Shown one piece after another: positions 1 to 7,737 of a stretch of DNA of 25,739 nt. The position numbers were made by a program, and so were the translations under genes. Source of the DNA: a virus (taxonomy: Duplodnaviria > Caudoviricetes); IMG/VR virus record IMGVR_UViG_3300042471_000059, positions 1 through 25,739 of that record. One strand, 5' to 3'. Numbering within the stretch: the stretch's first letter is position 1; every line of letters begins with the position of its first letter. The notes under the pieces were generated by a model. That model was not told the DNA's origin, searched no databases, and saw nothing but the letters and a program-made list of their open reading frames with translations.

Positions 1-23
1 TTTCTTCTTTGTGGATTTGACAT
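1..23 (-). CDS. 5' fragment of the next gene (MSNPQRR...), truncated by the window edge; product not determinable
   Basis: ATG at 23 preceded by AGGAGAGCAGGAACTC, overlapping the end of whiB. Only 7 codons are visible. Confidence 0.4.
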
Positions 24-312
24 GAGTTCCTGCTCTCCTTCGTCGTCGGGTTTCGTTCCTTCGTTCAACTGTTGTCAGTCCGCCCCACACGCCGACACAA
101 TCGTTCGCTATCGCAAAGTCTAGACAAGATTGGCGCACCACGCAGATGTCGCAAAGTTTCTTCGCTTCACGCACCGCATGCAAATATCTTTCATGGAAGA
201 AGATGTCGGTGCCTTCGCCACGACAAGTTCCATACTGTTGCCATTCTGGTCGAAGCAATTCGAATACATTCTTCGACTCCGACCAAACGTCAACGATTCC
301 GTAGTCGGCCAT
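1..312 (-). CDS. whiB: WhiB family Fe-S transcriptional regulator (3' end runs off the window)
   Basis: Not in the ORF track. Manual translation from ATG 312 (TAATG overlap with the upstream gene): MADYGIVDVWSESKNVFELLRPEWQQYGTCRGEGTDIFF...AKKLCDICVVRQSCLDFAIANDCVGVWGGLTTVERRNETRRRRRAG. It has four Cys (C...CxxC-x5-C), the GVWGG turn and a basic tail. Confidence 0.93.
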   Translation of the reverse strand, partial: MADYGIVDVWSESKNVFELLRPEWQQYGTCRGEGTDIFFHERYLHAVREAKKLCDICVVRQSCLDFAIANDCVGVWGGLTTVERRNETRRRRRAGTHVKSTKKK

Positions 313-494
313 TATTTGATTTCTTTAGTCCAGCGACGAACATGGAACATTGCATAGAAGTTGACAACTGCGTAGATGAATATCTCTACGCCGTTCGCCG
401 GACTTTCTTGCGGCAACCTTGGCATGAATAACAACATCATCCATCCCACGATTATGAACGCCAGTGTGAACATAATTTTCTCTTGCGGTTTCAT
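312..494 (-). CDS. Small two-TM membrane protein
   Basis: 60 aa with two hydrophobic stretches; strong SD AAGGAGG upstream; stop overlaps the whiB start. Confidence 0.75.
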   Translation of the reverse strand: MKPQEKIMFTLAFIIVGWMMLLFMPRLPQESPANGVEIFIYAVVNFYAMFHVRRWTKEIK

Positions 495-539
495 TTTTCC
501 TCCTTGGTTTAGTAACTCGCCTGTATCAGTTATAGGACA

Positions 540-1112
540 TTACGGCACAGATGTGGTGGATGCTTTGCAAACCCGCCAATTACAAGGATTCCACGGCTCG
601 AAGCCTGAGATCCGGTACAGCACCAGCCCAGCCTTCAAGTTGGTGAGTGGGTCGAGTAGTGGTTCTTGGGTGCAGATGTTCATCTGTCGGCAGACCGCAG
701 CCCACTTGTTCCGAGACATGTCATAGTTCAGTCCGTTGATCTGCAACAAGCCTGTGTCGGACCTGTGATTCCATTCGGACACGCCTGTGATGTTGCAGTC
801 TTTGTCGACCATGTCTCCGCCACGTCTGTTTGGGCATCCGCCTGATTCGCGTAAGACCAGCTCCGTCAGTTTGCCGATGGTGTGGTCGGGCCAACCTGCC
901 TGCTTGGCGAGCGACGGTAGCCAGGACACGTCTCCGTGGCGAAATCTGATGGGTTGGATTGGGTCGAGCCTGTCAGCGACTGGTGGTTGCCAGAGTGGCT
1001 GTAATGCGTTTATAGCGTCGCTGGTGCGGGCTGGTGCGGAGGCTGCTTGGGCTATGCCAAGGCTCATGGTTAGTGTGGCGAGTGTTGCCATGATTGCGGA
1101 GAGTATGCGCAT
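540..1112 (-). CDS. Secreted lytic transglycosylase (SLT/lysozyme-like fold)
   Basis: Signal peptide (MRILSAIMATLATLTMSLGIAQA), catalytic RES motif, GLLQIN, DPLTNLKAG and terminal GFEPW; six Cys; SD GAAAGGA. Confidence 0.85.
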   Translation of the reverse strand: MRILSAIMATLATLTMSLGIAQAASAPARTSDAINALQPLWQPPVADRLDPIQPIRFRHGDVSWLPSLAKQAGWPDHTIGKLTELVLRESGGCPNRRGGDMVDKDCNITGVSEWNHRSDTGLLQINGLNYDMSRNKWAAVCRQMNICTQEPLLDPLTNLKAGLVLYRISGFEPWNPCNWRVCKASTTSVP

Positions 1113-1142
1113 CGTGGTCCTTTCGATATGTGCAGGTCGTGA

Positions 1143-1214
1143 CGCAACTCAGAAGGAGGTGACTGAGTTGCGGTGCTACATCAACCCTAGTGGGGAGCGC
1201 ACCTACCAACCTTA
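1143..1214 (-). promoter_or_regulatory. Structured leader or small RNA: candidate -10 TAAGGT (1209-1214), a weak hairpin (1172-1203) and a perfect 10-bp hairpin (1143-1172) with loop UCACCUCCUU
   Basis: Arms CGCAACTCAG / CTGAGTTGCG are seen directly; the loop is identical to the 16S rRNA anti-SD. Confidence 0.55.
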
Positions 1215-1241
1215 GCCGACAGCATCCGATTTTCGCTAGTT

Positions 1242-1496
1242 TTAGCGGTCTTGAGAATTAATTTCTAGGTCCATCAACACTTTGATACTGACAACCATCT
1301 TCACAGGTATGTGCAGAACATGGTCAATGTTGTCTTCGTTTCGTGACTGGTAGATGGTGACGTGATCGGGTTTGCCGCCAGCGAGCAGGAAGCCGACTGT
1401 TTGGACGACTGCTGGGTCGAGGTCTAGGTCTTTGATGTTGACCCATGATTCGGATCCGCTGTGCGCATCATGCCAGGTGACGAGTACGGCGGTCAC
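1242..1496 (-). CDS. Conserved-type phage hypothetical protein (VxWxDA motif)
   Basis: 84 aa, VTWHDAH...VQTVGFLL...IPVKMV; GTGA overlap with the upstream gene. Confidence 0.75.
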   Translation of the reverse strand: MTAVLVTWHDAHSGSESWVNIKDLDLDPAVVQTVGFLLAGGKPDHVTIYQSRNEDNIDHVLHIPVKMVVSIKVLMDLEINSQDR

Positions 1497-1753
1497 TTCT
1501 TCTTGCGTGTCGCAACCTGCTTCGTCTTTGTAAGACTTCCGCTCGGCTCCTTGGTTACATGCCAGTCGAGATGACTGGTAAGTTTTGCGCCTTGTTTCGC
1601 GACCATGTCGATCAGATTGTCTAGTCGCTTTTGAACGATGGCGTGATCGTTTCGGTTCTCTGTGGCGAGGTTTTTCATTTGGATGATGGCGACGATGATT
1701 CCGCCGAGTGCTGCGACTACTGCGGCGAAGACGGCTGCAAGTCCGGCATCCAT
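1493..1753 (-). CDS. Single-TM membrane protein of the lysis cassette (holin-associated)
   Basis: The likely start is ATG 1753 (MDAGLAAVFAAVVAALGGIIVAIIQ), 1 nt after the endolysin stop, rather than 1897. N-terminal TM followed by a helical region ending in 'HLDWH'. Confidence 0.75.
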   Translation of the reverse strand: MDAGLAAVFAAVVAALGGIIVAIIQMKNLATENRNDHAIVQKRLDNLIDMVAKQGAKLTSHLDWHVTKEPSGSLTKTKQVATRKKK

Positions 1754-1754
1754 G

Positions 1755-2306
1755 TCACACCGTCTTCTTGCGGTCAAGCCATGCTTGTACGGCTGGTGGC
1801 ACGTTATCGCCTGCGGTGTATCGAAGATGCCATGGTTCTTCTGGTACGACTTCCCATGAGAAGCCGAAGTCGAGTGCGTTGGCGAGCATCCATTCAAAGC
1901 GTTTACCAGACGCTGACCAGATGTCGACTGCGATACCGAGGTTGTGTTGAGATGTGCCAGGTGCAGCGAGTGACGCCAGTGTCGGTGACTTCTTGTACCA
2001 CTTCACACCTTCCCAAGTGCGGGTTTGCGCACCAGCGATCGGTTGCTTCTGGTATCGCTGAAGGAACACTGTGGTTTGCATCGCGAGTGATCGGTAGGTG
2101 TCGCCTGCCGAGGTTGGTTTGAATGGTTTGATTCCGTCGGCGAATGCTTTGTCGCGCATCGCATGATATGCGTCGGCTGCCCGCCAATGAAGTTTGCCTT
2201 CAGGTTGAACATCACGCAACAGATGCGCAGGTACCTCGCCAGGCTTCACGCCTTTCAGATCCGCCGGCAAAGTGACCTTGACTATCGGCCAGTTCTTTGC
2301 GTTCAT
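1755..2306 (-). CDS. Endolysin, peptidase M15 family (VanY-like Zn peptidase)
   Basis: YRS, APGTSQHNLGIAVD (SxH-x6-D) and EEPWH motifs; located next to holin-like genes. Confidence 0.88.
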   Translation of the reverse strand: MNAKNWPIVKVTLPADLKGVKPGEVPAHLLRDVQPEGKLHWRAADAYHAMRDKAFADGIKPFKPTSAGDTYRSLAMQTTVFLQRYQKQPIAGAQTRTWEGVKWYKKSPTLASLAAPGTSQHNLGIAVDIWSASGKRFEWMLANALDFGFSWEVVPEEPWHLRYTAGDNVPPAVQAWLDRKKTV

Positions 2307-2572
2307 TTCTTTTTCTTCGTGCCTGAGAATGCTTCTTTGATTTCTTCGGCTGACAGTTCACCATCGACGGATGCTTCGGCGAGTGCGGACACAACTTTGA
2401 TGACAGCCATCGCACCAGCCATGATCGCAGCCTTACCAACCGAGATACCTATGACTGCACCTGTGGTGATTGCTGGTAGTGCGTTGGCGAGGAACAGTGA
2501 GATCAGTCTTTGTCCGAGGTCAAGAAACTTGGCGACTGTTGCGTTCTGTTTAATGTTCATGCTCTGTTCCAT
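2303..2572 (-). CDS. Putative holin
   Basis: 89 aa with a hydrophobic core and basic C-terminus (KKKK); SD AAGGAG; ATGA overlap with the endolysin. Confidence 0.65.
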   Translation of the reverse strand: MEQSMNIKQNATVAKFLDLGQRLISLFLANALPAITTGAVIGISVGKAAIMAGAMAVIKVVSALAEASVDGELSAEEIKEAFSGTKKKK

Positions 2573-2741
2573 TTTCTTCTCCTTTGTCGGTTAATACTCC
2601 TGCCAAGTGTAGTGCGAGGGACATGAACGTGAATATCAATGCCCATGTTTGCAGGCTTCCAGACAGGGTCATGATGGTGATCGCGGACGCGCCGAGGGTA
2701 AACCCTAAGGCGAATATCTCTTTGCGTAATTTGGCGAACAT
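2550..2741 (-). CDS. Small two-TM membrane protein
   Basis: 63 aa with two hydrophobic helices; starts 1 nt after the PA14 gene stop. Confidence 0.7.
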   Translation of the reverse strand: MFAKLRKEIFALGFTLGASAITIMTLSGSLQTWALIFTFMSLALHLAGVLTDKGEENGTEHEH

Positions 2742-2742
2742 T

Positions 2743-4236
2743 CTAATTTTCTCTTCTGCGCAGGCTCGCTCCTACCGCAACAAGTGTATTGGATACAGCG
2801 ACCAGCGTTCTACGCTCACCAACAGGTATGGTCTGCCCGACCATCTGAAACGAATCGAAGACGCCTGCGAACACATTGATTGTGTCTTGGAATGCTTGCT
2901 TGACTTTTGTTGGTGCTTCGTTTAGGACTTGGACGAGTTCTTCGGCGACTTCGGCGGTCAGTTCTTCTACGACGATCTCTTCGAAGATCGCTTCGGCTTG
3001 CTCTTCGGTCACTGCAGCCAACACCTCAGGACTCGAAGCGATACTGACCGCCTGATCCGAAGTGATAGCGGTTGTCAAGATCTGCTCAATGGCTGCGACC
3101 ACTTGTGCCGATGACGCATCCTTCAACTGGTTCAACACCTCGGCAACCTTCTCATCGGTGATCGGTTGTTCAGGCTTGATGTCAAGTAGCGTGGTGGTTG
3201 ATGAGATCTCTGTTGTTGGTGTTGTCGTTTGTGGGATATCTGTTTCTTGCGTCGGCTCTGATGTTGGCACACTTGTTTCGTCGGGCAGAGTTAGAGGCGG
3301 AACAGAAGAAGTCAGATCAGTTGTATTGGGAAGAGGTAAGGAAGGATCGGTTGTAGATGTTTCGAGAATCGTGGTGGATGTTGTGGATTCGGGTTCAGGC
3401 AAAGAAGTTGTGGTCGTTGTATCAGGAACTGTTACGACGACTGGTGCGCTAGTCGTCGTGGTTTGAGGAGGAGTGTATGGTGTTTGCGTTGTTGACGGAG
3501 CTGGTGCAGTTGTTGTGGTCGGCGGTGTCGTGGTATTTGTCGTTGATGTGGTTGTGTCTATCTGAGTTGTGGTCGTGGTGCTGGGAAGGGTTGTTGTAGA
3601 TGTCGAAGTTGTCGAGGAAGAAGTTGAGGTCGTGGTCGTGGTTTCTTCAACTGTGGTTGATGTGGTTGGTGTACTTGATGTGGTTGATGGCATTGTTGTC
3701 GAGGTGACAGCAGCCTGAGTTGTGTACGCTTCGTCCGGCACGATCATCCAGTCGCCGTCATCTATCTTCCACGCAAGCATCAGACAGGTTCCTCCGCTGT
3801 TCTCGTACATCCACAATTCGAGTGGCACACTTTCGGCGTCCAGTTCCAACGCACCTGACATAGTCCAAGTACAGGCCTGATCCTGCCAAACACCGAACGT
3901 GTTGCCGCCGATAGTTACCTCGCCACCATCATCCGAGGCGATCATAAACTCGATGGTTTCATGTTCAGGAATAGTGATGTAGCCGGTCATGTGGACCATG
4001 AACAAGTCATAGGTGCAGTCCTCGAATAGTTCGCCGTCATAAGAACGGTTGATGTTGTTCTCTATCTCAGAACCACAGACAGGATATTCGGATGTCGACT
4101 GGACTGGTGGGATCTCGTCAATCGTGTAATAAGTCGTGTTCAACCCTGGTTGTGTTTCGGCTCGAACCGTGGTCGGCCAGAACGCAAGAACGATTGCTGG
4201 TAGCGGGATCAGCCACCTTGTTAGACGGCGACCCAC
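2743..4236 (-). CDS. Exported PA14-domain protein with a mucin-like Thr/Ser/Pro-rich stalk and acidic helical C-terminal domain
   Basis: Signal peptide ending VRA; PA14-like motifs (GLNTTYY, F-x-V-x-x-TGYITIP, ASDDGGEVTIGG, YENSGG...L-x-W); about 200 aa T/S/P-rich region; hydrophobic C-terminus followed by RRR. Confidence 0.8.
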   Translation of the reverse strand: MGRRLTRWLIPLPAIVLAFWPTTVRAETQPGLNTTYYTIDEIPPVQSTSEYPVCGSEIENNINRSYDGELFEDCTYDLFMVHMTGYITIPEHETIEFMIASDDGGEVTIGGNTFGVWQDQACTWTMSGALELDAESVPLELWMYENSGGTCLMLAWKIDDGDWMIVPDEAYTTQAAVTSTTMPSTTSSTPTTSTTVEETTTTTSTSSSTTSTSTTTLPSTTTTTQIDTTTSTTNTTTPPTTTTAPAPSTTQTPYTPPQTTTTSAPVVVTVPDTTTTTSLPEPESTTSTTILETSTTDPSLPLPNTTDLTSSVPPLTLPDETSVPTSEPTQETDIPQTTTPTTEISSTTTLLDIKPEQPITDEKVAEVLNQLKDASSAQVVAAIEQILTTAITSDQAVSIASSPEVLAAVTEEQAEAIFEEIVVEELTAEVAEELVQVLNEAPTKVKQAFQDTINVFAGVFDSFQMVGQTIPVGERRTLVAVSNTLVAVGASLRRREN

Positions 4237-4239
4237 ACT

Positions 4240-4539
4240 TTAAGGCTCGGCAGGTTCTTCAACTACAGGTGCAACAAACTCATCAGCACCAGGATCGTAG
4301 GTGTAACCGCAACCCGCAAATCTGCCGCGATAATCACCTTCTTCGCCACGAGCGTTATATGAAGTACGTTTGCAAGTTAAACCTGCGTTCCACGGTTGGT
4401 TTTCGTAGAATTGTTCCCATGCTTCTGTGGAGCCGCCTACAACTGTGCCGTCTGTATCAACTTGGGTGACTGTTTCATCAACGCCCGTGACTACTTTGAC
4501 AACGACATTATTGCTATCTAAAAATGCGTAATGTGCCAT
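4240..4539 (-). CDS. Tail-fibre-associated small protein
   Basis: MAHYAFLDSNNVV...KRTSYN...YRGRFAGCGYTYD...F, a type of protein that commonly follows glycine-rich phage fibre genes; TAATG coupling. Confidence 0.7.
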   Translation of the reverse strand: MAHYAFLDSNNVVVKVVTGVDETVTQVDTDGTVVGGSTEAWEQFYENQPWNAGLTCKRTSYNARGEEGDYRGRFAGCGYTYDPGADEFVAPVVEEPAEP

Positions 4540-5234
4540 TAGATGACCTCTGTTCTTAATTTAATTGTTTTACGAACATCGTGCATACCCAACAAACCAT
4601 ACACCGCATCGTTTTCAGGCAAAGTATTTTCTATGTTGTCTAAGTCGTGTTCAAATCTTTCTTGACCAATGAACGAATAAACCTTATCTAACACTTCATT
4701 GGTGTCGGCAACCAGTTCTGCATAATCAATAAACAAAAACTCTCCTTGATTAACTTGTTTAGCCCATTCAACACCGCGCAAAGAACGCATTAAAGGTTCA
4801 CTGTCCTCTCGCAGATATTCGTTTGCGTTAAACGGTTTATTGTTTAATTTGTAAAGTGACGCAAACGAATCAAGAATCTCATCTGTTGGTCGAGTTAGAA
4901 CAATCGTTTTTGGAATGTCAGTAATATATCGGCGCAATAAATCTTGATTGGCTGGCAAAGTCCACGAACGACATTTATCTACAATGATCGGTCGTGTCAT
5001 ATTTTCGTAGTAGATGTCTGGTATTGCTTTGACGAGTTGATATGCGGTGTCATAACGATAATTTGCATCTAACTGTTCTTTGGCTGTTGTTTGACAAGAC
5101 TGTTGCATATCCCACATGAGTTGGCATACAGCCGAATTACCTTCAGCGTGAATGTCAGGGTTTTGATGCAAGATAGCCGACAACAAAGTTGAACCTGAGC
5201 GTGGCAAACCACTAAGAGCAACAAATCGTTTCAT
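4539..5234 (-). CDS. Sulfotransferase family protein (PAPS-dependent)
   Basis: 5'-PSB loop SGLPRSGSTLL, IVDK, 3'-PB motif IVLTRPTDEILDSF and YAELV; visibly more AT-rich than the flanking genes. Confidence 0.88.
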   Translation of the reverse strand: MKRFVALSGLPRSGSTLLSAILHQNPDIHAEGNSAVCQLMWDMQQSCQTTAKEQLDANYRYDTAYQLVKAIPDIYYENMTRPIIVDKCRSWTLPANQDLLRRYITDIPKTIVLTRPTDEILDSFASLYKLNNKPFNANEYLREDSEPLMRSLRGVEWAKQVNQGEFLFIDYAELVADTNEVLDKVYSFIGQERFEHDLDNIENTLPENDAVYGLLGMHDVRKTIKLRTEVI

Positions 5235-6271
5235 TATGAGAAACTACAAGTTCCTGAACCAGCAGTGAAAGTAACTATAGTGTTTGCACCGCTAGTTGTA
5301 GATGATGATGTCAAACCTGCACCAACGGTTAAAGTATTTCCAGAAGTTGGAAAACTAAGAATTACAACCCCAGATCCGCCCGCTCCTCCGCCGACTGGCG
5401 CAGAAAGATATCCGCCTCCACCGCCACCTCCGCCTGTGTTGGCTGACCCATTAGTCCCAGAACTATCATTATTGCTACCAGCACCGCCGCCGCCAGCTCC
5501 TCCACTACCCGCAGTGCCAGAACCGCCTTGAGTTGATGCCCCACCACCACCTCCACCTGCGTATGTAACTGACGAACCAGTTATGGATGTTGCACGACCA
5601 GCACCACCGTTTCCACCATTTCGAGTAGACGGCGAATTGGATCCTGCGGCCGACGCACCGCCGCCGCCACCACCACCAGCAGTTGACAACCCAGATCTTC
5701 CATTCCCGCCATTAAATCCTTGATTGTCAAAAACTGTACCGCCAGTCAAAATCCCGTATCCGCCACCGCCACCACCGCCACAACCACCTGACATACTTCT
5801 ACCAAATCCGCCACCGATAGAATAAATTGTAAAACAAGAACTTGAATTACCGATAGCATCTCGTGCGCCGCCGCCACCAACAACAACTCTAAAATTAAGA
5901 GCTTTTGGTATTGACAAAGCCGATTCCAAAACAGCAGTGCCACCAGTAGCAGTCACACTACACCTCATGCCACCAGCACCACCGCCGCCAGTTGGGAAAC
6001 CACCACTTGGTCCTGATCCACCGCCACCAACAACTAAAAAATCAACAGAGATTGTACTAGCACCAACATTCACCCATGCTGAACCATTGAATACTTGTAG
6101 ACCTGTAGCAGTTGAATAGGCGACCATGCCTGTTGATGGTGATGGGACTGCGGATGCTCGTGCTGCTGTGCCGGCATAAACCTGCACGGCCTGATCCATC
6201 AAGTATGTTTGGACATTGGTCGAAGTCAATACTTCTCCAGATTGAAATGTGCGATACCCTGCGCCAGCCAT
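5234..6271 (-). CDS. Glycine-rich tail fibre / receptor-binding protein
   Basis: N-terminal anchor domain followed by VDFLVVGGGG, many G4-G8 runs, ITGSSVTYAGGGGGG, ANTGGGGGG and GGSGVVIL (polyglycine-rich adhesin type). Confidence 0.85.
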   Translation of the reverse strand: MAGAGYRTFQSGEVLTSTNVQTYLMDQAVQVYAGTAARASAVPSPSTGMVAYSTATGLQVFNGSAWVNVGASTISVDFLVVGGGGSGPSGGFPTGGGGAGGMRCSVTATGGTAVLESALSIPKALNFRVVVGGGGARDAIGNSSSCFTIYSIGGGFGRSMSGGCGGGGGGGYGILTGGTVFDNQGFNGGNGRSGLSTAGGGGGGGASAAGSNSPSTRNGGNGGAGRATSITGSSVTYAGGGGGGASTQGGSGTAGSGGAGGGGAGSNNDSSGTNGSANTGGGGGGGGYLSAPVGGGAGGSGVVILSFPTSGNTLTVGAGLTSSSTTSGANTIVTFTAGSGTCSFS

Positions 6272-6483
6272 GACTACACATTAACCCAAGTTGAGCCATT
6301 AAAAACTTGCAAACCTGTAGCAGTCGAATATGCAACCATCCCTGCTGATGGTGATGGCACTGCGGATGCTCGTGCTGCGGTGCCTGCATACACTTGCACC
6401 ATCTGATCCATCAAATACGTCTGGACGTTCGTGCTTGTTAGCACTTCTCCAGATGCGAATGTTCGATATCCTGCTCCAGCCAT
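6065..6483 (-). repeat. Diverged tandem duplication of 69 codons (6277-6483 vs 6065-6271)
   Basis: 65/69 identical amino acids; 28 synonymous codon differences by manual alignment. Confidence 0.95.
6274..6483 (-). CDS. 69-aa protein equal to the fibre N-terminal anchor domain alone
   Basis: SD AGGAG; intact ORF; protein conserved relative to the fibre N-terminus despite heavy synonymous divergence. Confidence 0.85.
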   Translation of the reverse strand: MAGAGYRTFASGEVLTSTNVQTYLMDQMVQVYAGTAARASAVPSPSAGMVAYSTATGLQVFNGSTWVNV

Positions 6484-6490
6484 AATGCTC

Positions 6491-7735
6491 CTATTCTAAT
6501 CCGACATCGGGATCGTCGAGTTGGTCTTGGTCGAGTATGAATGCGGTCAAAAGTTGTGCTTGTCCGAGTCCGAATCTTATCCGATGGTCGGATGTGGTGA
6601 TGTCGTGGTTGACGGATTCGATGAACACCGAGTCGGTGCGGGTTAGTGGTAGTCCTGTTGTGTAGGTTTTGGTGACATTGATTACGTCACCCACATCGAG
6701 TGCCAGAACGGTCGGCCAGAGTGCTGAACCGCAGGCGTTCAGGCTGGTTGAGATCTCGTTGAATCGGATGACTGGTTCTTTGTATTTGTCAAGAAGGTTC
6801 TGTGCCAATGCTGAACCTGCCGCCAAATTGTTTAGAGGCACGTTTGAGAACGACAAAGTTTGCACACCATACTTGGTTTGGCTTGTTGTATCGGCTGCGA
6901 CCTGTGCTGCGGTACCACCATCGACATCCACCTGCACACGGTTGAACAATGTTTCTTGACCATACGCAACACCGATAGACAGGATCGGTATTTCGTTTGT
7001 GGCTGTACCACCGAACGATGCGATGGCGGTAGAGAACGTGAAATCTATTCTCGGATCGAACACAATCTGGTTTCTTCGATTTGCGAAGAGCCTGCCGTCC
7101 TCTGCGACTGCGACCGCTTGCAACGCCGTCAACGTGTTCGTGTTGTCCGGATAAGCGACGGTTCCGCATGTTGCGACACCTGTGGCGATGTCACGCAACG
7201 CCGTCGAATAGGCGACCTCTGTACGGTCCAAGATCGCTGACACTCGCGCCGAAGTCAACTGTGATGATGGTGTGAATGCGGTGAGACTGGTTCGGCTCAA
7301 CTCATATAGACCGTCGGCTGCGATGATTGACGCAAACGACAAGTTAGGCATCTCATAGGTGATGTCGAGGTCGGTGATTGCTCCGACAAATAGTTCGGCT
7401 GTGCCGGCAAGAACCTTGATCGCACGTCTCGGAGCCAAATCAAAGTCACCTGCATACCAAGTCGAAGCAGTATTCGCTGGGTCAAACAGTCTGCCTGATG
7501 CGCGGTCATCAGCCAAGATACGACAAGTACCTGGCTGGAACTGTTCGGTTTGTGCGCCACGGCCACGCTGAACCGACACGGCGAGAATGTATTCGGTTGC
7601 GTCAACGAAATCCGTTGAACCATTCAACACATCCGTACCATCAAGCGTTGATGAATCAAGTTCAAATGCGTCAGTTAACGCGCCAACATCCAACAGAACC
7701 GAATACGCTTGACCCCACTTCAGTGTCTTAGGCAT
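6491..7735 (-). CDS. Minor tail protein (tail tip / hub)
   Basis: Directly follows the tape measure gene; VSVQRGR, LFVGAITD, RVSAILD, AEDGRLF and SQTKYG are typical of actinophage minor tail proteins. Confidence 0.8.
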   Translation of the reverse strand: MPKTLKWGQAYSVLLDVGALTDAFELDSSTLDGTDVLNGSTDFVDATEYILAVSVQRGRGAQTEQFQPGTCRILADDRASGRLFDPANTASTWYAGDFDLAPRRAIKVLAGTAELFVGAITDLDITYEMPNLSFASIIAADGLYELSRTSLTAFTPSSQLTSARVSAILDRTEVAYSTALRDIATGVATCGTVAYPDNTNTLTALQAVAVAEDGRLFANRRNQIVFDPRIDFTFSTAIASFGGTATNEIPILSIGVAYGQETLFNRVQVDVDGGTAAQVAADTTSQTKYGVQTLSFSNVPLNNLAAGSALAQNLLDKYKEPVIRFNEISTSLNACGSALWPTVLALDVGDVINVTKTYTTGLPLTRTDSVFIESVNHDITTSDHRIRFGLGQAQLLTAFILDQDQLDDPDVGLE

Positions 7736-7737
7736 AA

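Noticed and set aside
1754-1897. Long N-terminal extensions given by the ORF track (1897; likewise 14702, 15457, 16101 and 17398)
   Set aside because: Downstream ATGs give stop/start coupling or follow an SD and coincide with domain starts.
2560-2572. Lambda-type dual-start holin/antiholin (MEQSM)
   Set aside because: There is no positively charged residue between the two Mets, so support is too weak.
3150-3730. Repetitive GTT/GTC/GTG tract as a CRISPR array or DNA repeat element
   Set aside because: It is low-complexity Thr/Ser codon usage of the mucin-like stalk, with no fixed repeat-spacer period.
5360-6030. CCG/CCA runs and the Pro-rich plus-strand ORFs
   Set aside because: They are the reverse complement of glycine codons in the fibre gene.
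6271-6276. Amber readthrough fusing the stub to the fibre, or stop-codon reassignment
   Set aside because: TAG-TC-ATG puts the fibre in a different frame, and TAA, TAG and TGA all end genes normally elsewhere.
6065-6483. Fibre duplication as a diversity-generating retroelement TR/VR pair or an invertible cassette
   Set aside because: Differences are mostly synonymous third-position changes, not adenine-specific; the repeat covers the N-terminal anchor; there is no reverse transcriptase or invertase in the window.
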